From an uncultured Candidatus Poseidoniales archaeon (lineage in GTDB: Archaea > Thermoplasmatota > Poseidoniia > Poseidoniales > Poseidoniaceae), in the NCBI GenBank assembly GCA_964526385.1, contig CAZGJD010000002.1:40799-104798 (forward strand): 64,000 nucleotides of DNA. Direction: 5' to 3'. The translations under genes and the position numbers were made by a program. The notes below the pieces were generated by a model. It made no database searches. It saw only the letters and a program-made list of their open reading frames with translations, and was not told where the DNA came from. Positions 19,107 to 28,022 of the stretch are shown here, in pieces; within the stretch, counting starts at the first letter, position 1, and each line of letters begins with the position of its first letter.

Positions 19107-22100
19107 ATGCGCAGAGAAGTCAGCGTTATGCTTCTTCTTCTTTGCTCGACCATTGTAGTCTCCTTTGACGCTAGTGCGATCAATATGGGTGGTGAAGACC
19201 CAGGGGTTAGTGACGTACCAAACTGGAGAGTCGGTGACAAGTGGATTTATTCGGGATCATTTGACCCCAGTGACTTGATTAGGGATGCGGGTGTTGATGC
19301 TACGGTTGGAACGATTACAGGGGATGCTACCACTATTGTAAGGGCTCTTAACACCATTAGCGTAGACGGAAAAGACACACTGGTCTACGAGGTTCGTCAA
19401 AGTGCAAATTTTGACAAAGGAGGAGTGCAACTCGAAAGTTATACTGGAAATCTTTTGATTGAATTCCAAGTCGACGAAGTCAGAAGAGTTTCAGACCTTG
19501 CAAAGATTTCATCAGACTTATCACTCGATGTAAAGTATGTTCCCTACGGAATCTCCTCTCTAACACAGGAAATAGCAGACATAACAATTTCCACAGATTA
19601 TGACCCAATGAGTGAGGCTTATGATTTCCCATTGAGAATCGGTGAAACCTGGAATACATCATACATCTCGTCTACTTCATGGTCAGGTGCATCCGATTAC
19701 ATCACTCCTTTTCCGCAGCCAACAAGCGGTGCTAACCACACTAACTATGAGATAACTGATGTGGGCAAGCCAGTTAGTGAAATTGGAGAGCAAATAGGGT
19801 ACTCGGGTTGTAACGCATCTTATCTGATAAAATCATACGACGATAATGGAACTGAAACTTCATTTGAATGGTTCTGCCCAGAGGTTAGAAGTTTTGCATG
19901 GCTTCATACTGAAGAGGACATTGGCCTAGTAATTGATTTTAGGCTGAAGCAATATTTGCCAGTAGAATCCAATGGGGTTGTGAGCAACGAAAACCCAGGT
20001 AACAGGAATATGAATTTGGATGTTGAGTTATCTACTGAAATCACTGCGCTAAACACACCGGTTGGAGTCTGGGCAAACGTTACGAATTCAGATGGAATGC
20101 CTCAACCCGGATTTGATGTAGAAATACGATATGAAAGCACGGGATTCTCTACAACAGGAACTACTTCATCCAACGGAAGTTTCTGGGCTGAAGTAAATGT
20201 TGGAAGTGCAACTGACACATCTGCTTCCTCAATTGATTGGTCAAGTCTAGGTATTATCGCAAAAAGCGGAAACATGTTAGGAGTCTCGACAATTACTCTC
20301 GATGAAAATATTGTAGGATTAGATATAGTCGCAAGCCTAGAAAGAGCTTCAATTCTCAGAAACAGATCTGGAGATTTATCAACTCTTAACGTCATATCTG
20401 GATTCGATGTACTACCTGGTGACGAATTAAACATTCAACTTCCAGTTTACAATAGAGGGATTACGGATTCGATGGCTAGTACCGTAACTATCACGCTTCC
20501 AGATGGTCAACAGATTGTTGACCAGTTACCAAGTTTGAAACTTTACGAACAGTATATTTTTGAAGTAAATTGGACGATTGATGGAAATAGTGGAATTGAT
20601 AATCAGTCAATTGAATGGGAAGTGGATTCATCTCTCAATCCTACCGACGCAAACAGCACTAATGATAAGGCTGAAATTCCTATTTTCATAGGAACAGCAC
20701 CTACTTTTGTAGCAAATAACATGATAGCTCTTACCAACGAAAAACTACTAATTGATGCTTCACAGAGTTTCGATGAAGACGGTGGAGAGGTTTGGTGCTT
20801 TTTCGACATAGAGTATGATGATGGAACATTTACCACTGCACACAAAAGAATACTCAGAAATGGTTGCTCCATCAATTGGACATGGATAGATGATGGAGTA
20901 TACGAAATTCTAGTTACTTTGACTGATGACGAAGGAGATTCAATCGATGAAAAAATTGAGGTTCAGATTCTGAATCGTGCTCCGAGTGTTTCAATTATTT
21001 CACAAAGAGATAAGGTGAAAGTAGAACACCCTGTAACTCTACATGTCTTTGCTAATGATTCTGATTCTGAAGAAGTATGGCCGGGGGTTGTCGACGTCTA
21101 CTGGCCAAATGTCAATTGCAAAGAAGGATATTACACACGAAAATGCACAACTACGGCTTGGGAGGAGGGCCTCCACACATTTACAGCGGTTGGTGTGGAT
21201 GACGATGGAAACGAAACATATGCTACAATTGATATCGAATTTACCAATATCGCACCTCACGATGTAGCAGTTACAATGTGGGATGAGAATGACAATCTCA
21301 TTCCCGCTGAAGGTCAAATGACTTGGCGAGTTGATGAAGATCAGGTCGTAGAACTCCAAGCAAGAGCCGAAGACTCAATCGATGATTTGTCAACTTTGAG
21401 GTATGAATGGTCGCTTGGCATTGAAACAGATGGTAGAACCTCAGCCATTCCTGCGGTTTGGCAAACTGCTGGAATGAAAACTATACTAGTCAAAGCAATA
21501 GACTCGCAGGACAGCGATAGTGGCTGGGTTGAAAGATGGGTCGATGTTCAAAATGTACAACCAATTATCGAGCCTTTACCGGAAATATTGCCAGTTGCAG
21601 AAGGTCAAACCGTCACTCTTAGTGGTAATGCTTGGGACACAGAATCAGATATGGAGGGCCTCATTATTTGTTGGGACATTGACCCAGGAATGGATTCCGA
21701 TGGAATCGGTTCTGCCGATGATGATTGTGACATCGTAGGAAGTGACCTCTCTTATTCGTGGCAGACCTCTGGAATACACAACATTGTTTTCCACGCTACA
21801 GATAATGATGGAGCTAGAAATTCTTCAACTGCGACTGTAGAAGTTCTGAACTTACCTCCTCTCGTAATAATGAATGTTCCATCAAATGCAATCGCCGGAG
21901 AAACTGTGATTTTGGACTCTTCTGCTACAATAGATTCAGCATTGGATATCGACTATCTAACAGTTGTATGGGATACAGATTGTAGAACAGATAGCGATGG
22001 AGACGGCATAACTGACAATGACGCTGATTTGGTTGGCCCTATTGTTGAACATGAATTCCCAAGAGCTGGAAAATTCACTGTGAAGGCAATAATTTGGGAT

Positions 22101-22493
22101 GAAGAAGTTATGAAACCGAGTAGTCAAACCGCTGTTGTAGAGGTTGATTCACCAGATATGACAGTCTTTGAGGAAGTCATGGCATCCGTGATTGGTAACG
22201 GAGATAATCCGTTCTTCCAATTACTTATGATATCAGGAATAATAGCGCTACTTTTGTTTGTGATCAACAAAACGAGACCTAAACCAAAATCTGCATGGGA
22301 TGATGAAGCGCCTGTTATAGAAGCACCTCTTACTGCACCTAGCATTGACGATTTTGAAAGCACTTCTACCGAAACACCACCACCAATTCCACCTGAAGGT
22401 TTACCTCAAGGTTGGACTGAAGAACAGTGGAATTATTACGGTCACCAGTATATTTCGATGAATGAATCCCAGAATAGTCAGTATGAAATGTGA
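19107..22493 (+). CDS. Giant surface protein with PKD/Ig-like repeats, a C-terminal TM anchor and a proline-rich cytoplasmic tail (paralogue 1)
   Basis: Signal peptide. Conserved N-terminal module (DVPNWRVGDKWIYS ... FEWFCPEVRSFAW). Repeated D-x-D-G / DDDG-containing beta-sandwich units. TM helix LLMISGIIALLLFVI. Tail ...PPPIPPEGLPQGWTEEQWNYYGHQY. Confidence 0.7.
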   Translation: MRREVSVMLLLLCSTIVVSFDASAINMGGEDPGVSDVPNWRVGDKWIYSGSFDPSDLIRDAGVDATVGTITGDATTIVRALNTISVDGKDTLVYEVRQSANFDKGGVQLESYTGNLLIEFQVDEVRRVSDLAKISSDLSLDVKYVPYGISSLTQEIADITISTDYDPMSEAYDFPLRIGETWNTSYISSTSWSGASDYITPFPQPTSGANHTNYEITDVGKPVSEIGEQIGYSGCNASYLIKSYDDNGTETSFEWFCPEVRSFAWLHTEEDIGLVIDFRLKQYLPVESNGVVSNENPGNRNMNLDVELSTEITALNTPVGVWANVTNSDGMPQPGFDVEIRYESTGFSTTGTTSSNGSFWAEVNVGSATDTSASSIDWSSLGIIAKSGNMLGVSTITLDENIVGLDIVASLERASILRNRSGDLSTLNVISGFDVLPGDELNIQLPVYNRGITDSMASTVTITLPDGQQIVDQLPSLKLYEQYIFEVNWTIDGNSGIDNQSIEWEVDSSLNPTDANSTNDKAEIPIFIGTAPTFVANNMIALTNEKLLIDASQSFDEDGGEVWCFFDIEYDDGTFTTAHKRILRNGCSINWTWIDDGVYEILVTLTDDEGDSIDEKIEVQILNRAPSVSIISQRDKVKVEHPVTLHVFANDSDSEEVWPGVVDVYWPNVNCKEGYYTRKCTTTAWEEGLHTFTAVGVDDDGNETYATIDIEFTNIAPHDVAVTMWDENDNLIPAEGQMTWRVDEDQVVELQARAEDSIDDLSTLRYEWSLGIETDGRTSAIPAVWQTAGMKTILVKAIDSQDSDSGWVERWVDVQNVQPIIEPLPEILPVAEGQTVTLSGNAWDTESDMEGLIICWDIDPGMDSDGIGSADDDCDIVGSDLSYSWQTSGIHNIVFHATDNDGARNSSTATVEVLNLPPLVIMNVPSNAIAGETVILDSSATIDSALDIDYLTVVWDTDCRTDSDGDGITDNDADLVGPIVEHEFPRAGKFTVKAIIWDEEVMKPSSQTAVVEVDSPDMTVFEEVMASVIGNGDNPFFQLLMISGIIALLLFVINKTRPKPKSAWDDEAPVIEAPLTAPSIDDFESTSTETPPPIPPEGLPQGWTEEQWNYYGHQYISMNESQNSQYEM

Positions 22494-22512
22494 GTTAGCA
22501 CTGCATAAAACG

Positions 22513-25500
22513 ATGCGAAGTACATTGGTTGCGGTAGCACTTGTTCTTCTGATGGCAAGCGGACCTGTTTCAATGGTCAACAACTTGCAACCAGAAAACA
22601 CAACCAAAAATTCTGCAACATCAACTGGTGTACATGATGTTCCCAATTGGAGAATCGGAGACAAGTGGGTTTACGAGACCAAATTTGATGTTGCACAATT
22701 AATCCAACAAGCAAACGTATCCGCTTCCCTAAATACGTTAACTGGCGACACGGTTATGGAAGTTGTTGACATAAAATTCGAAACAATATTAGGAGTAAAC
22801 ACACTTGTTTACGAGGTAGAAATCGGAGGAGATTTCACCTCTGGAAATAACGGAGCTAATTTCCAGGGTGTATCTGGGAGATTGGACATTCAATACGAAG
22901 GAACGGATATTTTACGAGTTTCAGATTTAGCTGTTTGGAAGTCTGATTTCTTCCTTGGGGTAGACTTCAAACCATTCAACTTGGGTTTACTGAATCAGGA
23001 CCTTGCAGACATAGATTTTGAATCCGTTTACGAACCGCCTCGAGAGAAATATGATTTCCCGCTTAGAAAAGGGGACCAATGGACAAGTAACTACAATACT
23101 GCTACAAATGTAAGCGGGCAATCAGATTATTTTAACGCTTCAGAATTCAATACTCCTTTTTTGGAGGATAATACTACCTACCAAGCCACTGATAATGGCA
23201 CTCCTTTAGAAGGCAGTGAAACAATTTCATATTCAGGATGCTCGGATTCAGTTAAGGTCGAATATTGGAATAACACGGGCACTCCAAGTGGATTTGAATG
23301 GTATTGTCCTGCTGTCAGATCATACGCATGGAGTAGAATAGTAAATACTGCAGGATTCCAAATCGATTGGCTTTTGAAGACATATACTCCTGCACAATCA
23401 ACCGGTTACATTGCTTCTTCTTCTCCCGGATACAGAAATACCGTAATTGAAGTCACACCTGAATTCGTAGCTACCCTTCCAAACGCTACCGAAGCCGTCT
23501 ATGGGCACATGTCTACCAACGCTGGACCAATTGTGAATAGAAACCTGCAGTTGAGGTACGAGGCACAATCAACTATTCTCAGTCTCACAACAAATAGTAG
23601 CGGGAAAGTGGGACCGGACATAAACGTCGGAGGAGATAGAGATAATTCTAACAGTTCTGATGATTGGACTAGCCACGGCGTGATAATATGGGACCCTGTA
23701 TCAAAGGTAATAGGGGCCTCAACTATAGTGATAGACCTATCAGTGGTTGGAGTTGACCTCGTCGCTAAGACCGATTCAATAATCATAAAACGAACGAGAG
23801 ATAATGACACGGTTCAGTTGTCTAGAGCAACCGGTTACAACGCTCTTCCTGGAGACACACTACAATTCTCGGTACCGGCCCAAAATAGGGGAGTTTTGAC
23901 TTCCCCCGCAACTGAAATGCAGGTCACTACTCCCGATGGGAATTCGATCAGAGGGAATCTTCCCGCATTATCACCATATTCAGAAGGGCGAATAGACGTT
24001 AACTGGACCGTGCCTGAAAATGCTCAAATTGGTAATCAGACTCTTTCTTTCTTTGTAGACCCGGATGCAAACGTAACCGCTGATGCAAATCGAAGTAATA
24101 ACGCTGCAAGCCTAGACATCTATATTGGACGTCTGCCTACTGCTATTGTTAATCTTACAGATGGGGTTTACACACATGAAAATGTGACCATCGATGCAAG
24201 TGGTTCTTTCGATAATGATGGAGGTGAAGTTGAATGTTTCTTTGAGGTTCAGGACGGTTTACGACTCCAGTACATAGACGCACCTACTTGCCAAGCTACC
24301 TGGAAATGGGCAGATGATGGAGAATGGAGTATTCTCGTTCGAGTTGTTGATGATGAATTGGATGAAGATATAATCACGGTATATGCGTCAATCTTGAATC
24401 GAAACCCATACGTGAATCTCACAGCAGATACAGTATCTATTCCTGCTGGTTCAAAAATAACTTTTGATGCATCGGACAGTGGAGACATAGACTCGATTTC
24501 ACCACCTGGCCAGGAAGTTGAAATCTCATGGCCTAACTCCTACTGTGACCAAGGATTGTATGGTCCTGAGTGTACTTTTACTGTAGAAGATGAAGGCATC
24601 TATGAGGTAGAAGTATTGGTCACAGATGATGATGGGGCCACGACTTCAGACTTCTGGACATACGAGGTAACTAACGTTCAGCCAACCCTTGGTGATATTG
24701 TCTTCATGATAGACGGAATACCTTACCTAAAAGACATAGATGGCACTTGGACAATCGACGAAGATATCGTAGCAGAATTGTCGATAATTGGTGACGATAC
24801 GCTTTCGGATGTAGATGATTTGATTATATCTTGGCATCCTGACATCGCTGATGTTAACTGGACAGAAACTACCTTTGGGCCCGAATCTGAAATTTCAGTA
24901 TCTTGGCCAACTTCAGGTTTAAAGACAATCAGAGTAATGGCAACGGATGATGATGGCGTAAGTAGCGAAGAAATACTTGGCTACGTAAGGGTCAACAATA
25001 TCGCTCCAGATTTGGGTGTTCTTCCTGCACAACAATCCTTATTCGAGGATGAAACATTGTACCTCAATTCTACTGCGATCGATTTTGCTGATGAAGAAGA
25101 CCTTCGTTTCTGTTGGGATATTTACAGTACAATAGACTCAGACGATAACGGAATATTAATCGATGACTGTGATATTGAAGGGCAGGAATTCGCATTCTCG
25201 TGGACAATAAGTGGAGTCAAAACCGTTACTGCGATTGTATGGGATGACGACAATACATCTGACATGTTTTCAATCGATGTCAATGTTGTTAATAGGCCAC
25301 CTGTAGCAAGCATAACGGTAATTGATGGAATTTATGAAATTACGGAAGGTGACTCTCTAACCTTTAGTGGCGTTGATTCAAGCGACACCTCAACTGATAA
25401 GGGCAAATTGATTTACATCTGGGATGACCCTGCAACAGTTGGTGCAACACAGGATGGATTCGGTTTAAATTACACAATGAAATTTGATAAACCCGGAACC

Positions 25501-26100
25501 TATTCAGTAAATCTGACCGTAACCGACGATGATGGGAAATCAAGCACTGCTACGGTCCAAATAGAGGTCAAAGCAAAACCAACAGAAAGCTTGTTTGGTC
25601 TGCAAAATTCAAGTGCAATAGGCTACGGAATGGGCTTCGTAATCATCATCTTGCTAGCCGTTTTGGCTCTAAGAAGGAGAGGAAATAGCGACGATTATTC
25701 AAAGAGCGAGACGGGTATGTGGGATAGCATGATTCAACCTCAAGTTGAAGCACCTGTCACACCGCCTCAACCAAGTTCATTCGGGGGAGGGCCACAAGTT
25801 CCTGCAATGGGGTTACCACCTGGATGGACAATGGAACAGTGGCAATATTATGGAGATCAATATTTACAACAGAATCCTCAACCAGCAACTTTCCAACAAT
25901 CGCCACCCCCTGTTAATCCGATGGCGTCACAATCTCAGCCAGTGGAAGCATATTCCCCGCCTGTTGTTCAACAGCCCGTGTACAACCAACAACCCTCAGA
26001 ATTGAGTCTTGATTCACTTCCACGGACGATGGTTCAAGAACCCCCACCTACTCCTGCCTCACAAGCCCTAGCAGATTTGTTAGATGACTTAGATTTGTGA
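22513..26100 (+). CDS. Giant surface protein with PKD/Ig-like repeats, a C-terminal TM anchor and a Pro/Gln-rich cytoplasmic tail (paralogue 2)
   Basis: Same architecture as the upstream gene: DVPNWRIGDKWVYE ... FEWYCPAVRSYAW, TM helix GMGFVIIILLAVLAL, and tail GLPPGWTMEQWQYYGDQY. The ATG at 22513 gives a signal peptide (MRSTLVAVALVLLMASGP) and removes the overlap with the upstream gene. The longest ORF starts at 22462. Confidence 0.7.
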   Translation: MRSTLVAVALVLLMASGPVSMVNNLQPENTTKNSATSTGVHDVPNWRIGDKWVYETKFDVAQLIQQANVSASLNTLTGDTVMEVVDIKFETILGVNTLVYEVEIGGDFTSGNNGANFQGVSGRLDIQYEGTDILRVSDLAVWKSDFFLGVDFKPFNLGLLNQDLADIDFESVYEPPREKYDFPLRKGDQWTSNYNTATNVSGQSDYFNASEFNTPFLEDNTTYQATDNGTPLEGSETISYSGCSDSVKVEYWNNTGTPSGFEWYCPAVRSYAWSRIVNTAGFQIDWLLKTYTPAQSTGYIASSSPGYRNTVIEVTPEFVATLPNATEAVYGHMSTNAGPIVNRNLQLRYEAQSTILSLTTNSSGKVGPDINVGGDRDNSNSSDDWTSHGVIIWDPVSKVIGASTIVIDLSVVGVDLVAKTDSIIIKRTRDNDTVQLSRATGYNALPGDTLQFSVPAQNRGVLTSPATEMQVTTPDGNSIRGNLPALSPYSEGRIDVNWTVPENAQIGNQTLSFFVDPDANVTADANRSNNAASLDIYIGRLPTAIVNLTDGVYTHENVTIDASGSFDNDGGEVECFFEVQDGLRLQYIDAPTCQATWKWADDGEWSILVRVVDDELDEDIITVYASILNRNPYVNLTADTVSIPAGSKITFDASDSGDIDSISPPGQEVEISWPNSYCDQGLYGPECTFTVEDEGIYEVEVLVTDDDGATTSDFWTYEVTNVQPTLGDIVFMIDGIPYLKDIDGTWTIDEDIVAELSIIGDDTLSDVDDLIISWHPDIADVNWTETTFGPESEISVSWPTSGLKTIRVMATDDDGVSSEEILGYVRVNNIAPDLGVLPAQQSLFEDETLYLNSTAIDFADEEDLRFCWDIYSTIDSDDNGILIDDCDIEGQEFAFSWTISGVKTVTAIVWDDDNTSDMFSIDVNVVNRPPVASITVIDGIYEITEGDSLTFSGVDSSDTSTDKGKLIYIWDDPATVGATQDGFGLNYTMKFDKPGTYSVNLTVTDDDGKSSTATVQIEVKAKPTESLFGLQNSSAIGYGMGFVIIILLAVLALRRRGNSDDYSKSETGMWDSMIQPQVEAPVTPPQPSSFGGGPQVPAMGLPPGWTMEQWQYYGDQYLQQNPQPATFQQSPPPVNPMASQSQPVEAYSPPVVQQPVYNQQPSELSLDSLPRTMVQEPPPTPASQALADLLDDLDL

Positions 26101-26111
26101 GAGTGAAAAAG

Positions 26112-26690
26112 ATGGGAACACTTTGGCAATTTTTTGGATTCCCCGACCCAGAGGGTACGGTCAATTCCGAACCAGCACCCAAGAAGAAAAAGAAAGAGTC
26201 AAGGCCTGAGCAAGGACAACAATTAACCTTAGTTTCACACGACGCAAACGCTGAAGTTTCTGAATCTGTGGAAGATTTACCTATTCCAGCGCCTGTTAGG
26301 AAAATGCCAGATTTACCCCCTAACTGGAATGGTTTGGTTACCCCGGACGGAATCGCATTCCATGACTTATCGAACTATAACTCCGAAGAAACCGGATTTC
26401 CAGACAGGGCATTGAGATACGTAAGGCCGAACAAAATGCACAGGCTACCAATTCGAGAGATAGAGGGTAGGGTTAGAAGAGGTGATACAATTATTGTCGA
26501 TTTGAACCCACTAATTCACATGGAAACTCAAACCAATGCATGCCGTAGAATATTACAGCAAATGGGATCAGAACTGGGAATTGCTATATTTGCATTGGAT
26601 GAAGAAGATAAGCTTCTACTTGTACCTGGAATAGATGTTACAATGGACGTATCAAAAAATGATTTAGGACTAGCTCCTCTTTTACTCTAA
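26112..26690 (+). CDS. sepF: SepF-like (DUF552) cell-division protein with an extended N-terminal linker
   Basis: The C-terminal core (IREIEGRVRRGDTIIVDLNPLI...CRRILQQMGSELGIAIFALDEEDKLLLVPG) follows the SepF pattern. The N-terminal MGTLWQFFGF resembles the amphipathic membrane-targeting helix. The ATG at 26112 is preferred over the GTG at 26097. Confidence 0.55.
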   Translation: MGTLWQFFGFPDPEGTVNSEPAPKKKKKESRPEQGQQLTLVSHDANAEVSESVEDLPIPAPVRKMPDLPPNWNGLVTPDGIAFHDLSNYNSEETGFPDRALRYVRPNKMHRLPIREIEGRVRRGDTIIVDLNPLIHMETQTNACRRILQQMGSELGIAIFALDEEDKLLLVPGIDVTMDVSKNDLGLAPLLL

Positions 26691-27239
26691 CCCAATTAAT
26701 CTTAGAGCGCTAGGGGCGAATCCCAACACAGTTAGTTCATCACCATCGATTAATTCTACATATTTTTGAGCTAAGCCTGCCAAATCATAAGATCCTGCTT
26801 TTCCAACCCACGATTTTGACTTAATCAATAATTCAATATCATCTGAATTTAATTCTTTGAATTTTACTATGGCAGATTCGATGAAAAAAGTCCAATCACC
26901 AGCAACCTGGACTCCTGTTGCTGACCAAACTCTGTGCCTTCGCCCAGATAGTCGCAGAAGCATAGAAGTCGCTTCAAATTCATCGTGTGCTTTACCCAAA
27001 GAGGAATTAAAGTCGTCAGGGTCTTCTATCATGGTATCTGCAACTAAGACAAATTGATACCCGTGGTCGACCCCGATTTCATTCGCTTTTCTTTTGCAGA
27101 TTTCTAATACCTGATGAGAAACCAATCCAAATGGAGGGGTCTCATCAACACCGTCCAAACTCTTTACCGTGACTTTCCCAAACATATCATGGATAATCTG
27201 GGAGCGTCGCTCTGAAGCACTTGCTAGCCAAATCCCCAT
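26682..27239 (-). CDS. maf: Maf-like nucleoside triphosphate pyrophosphatase (septum formation protein Maf family)
   Basis: N-terminal LASASERRSQI and C-terminal KAGSYDLAGLAQKYVELIDGDELTVLGF match Maf signatures. The ATG at 27239 is preferred, because the longest ORF (to 27332) would overlap the divergent gene. Confidence 0.75.
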   Translation of the reverse strand: MGIWLASASERRSQIIHDMFGKVTVKSLDGVDETPPFGLVSHQVLEICKRKANEIGVDHGYQFVLVADTMIEDPDDFNSSLGKAHDEFEATSMLLRLSGRRHRVWSATGVQVAGDWTFFIESAIVKFKELNSDDIELLIKSKSWVGKAGSYDLAGLAQKYVELIDGDELTVLGFAPSALRLIGLE

Positions 27240-27302
27240 ATCAATCGGATTAAGGGTCACCTTGAAGAGTACATCGCTATTACGTTTACACGAGGGGACA
27301 TT

Positions 27303-28022
27303 ATGGCCACGATTGAAAGAATTCCAACACATATTGACGGATTAGATGAAAATATGCAAGGAGGAATCCCCCAAGGGCACATATGCATTGTCGCAGGGCA
27401 ATCTGGTGCAATGAAATCCTCAGTTACGTTCTCACTTCTGTACAATGCTGTCCTTTACGGTGAGACAAGTGGCATATACGTAACTCTTGAACAAGGAAAA
27501 GATTCACTCAGGTCACATATGTCGAATATGGGAATGAACGTTGACGACCCAAGAGTAAGAAACAGAATCGCTATCATTGACCTATCAGATTTAAGGGTCC
27601 AACTCGATGAACAGGGAATGAGTAACAGGGTCGACTGGATGGGCCAATTAATCAAACAATTAACATCTTACAGACAGTCAATTGGATTTGAATTGCTTGT
27701 TTTCGATTCTCTTGGTGCGTTTTTCACCCTAACAAAAATGGAGAACCCTCGTGACGAAATTTTCAGACTATTCGAAGCATGTAGAAGATTAGAACTGACC
27801 TCGTTCTTCATTTGTGAAATGACTGGTGAGGATCACAAGCAATTCGGAGAATATGGGGTTGAAGATTACCTCTCTGACGGAGTGATGCACCTTACAATGG
27901 AAAGAGTTGGTGATGAAATTACGAGGAAAATTGGAGTAATAAAAATGAGACATACTCACCACAGGCTTGGTTACTCTCCACTTATGTGGAGTCCGTCTGA
28001 CCAAAGATTCAGTGTTAACTAG
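27303..28022 (+). CDS. KaiC/RecA-superfamily single-domain ATPase (COG0467-like)
   Basis: IPTHIDGLDENMQGGIPQGHICIVAGQSGAMKSS (atypical P-loop) and Walker B LLVFDSLGAFF. The ~240 aa size is typical of archaeal KaiC-like proteins. Confidence 0.65.
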   Translation: MATIERIPTHIDGLDENMQGGIPQGHICIVAGQSGAMKSSVTFSLLYNAVLYGETSGIYVTLEQGKDSLRSHMSNMGMNVDDPRVRNRIAIIDLSDLRVQLDEQGMSNRVDWMGQLIKQLTSYRQSIGFELLVFDSLGAFFTLTKMENPRDEIFRLFEACRRLELTSFFICEMTGEDHKQFGEYGVEDYLSDGVMHLTMERVGDEITRKIGVIKMRHTHHRLGYSPLMWSPSDQRFSVN

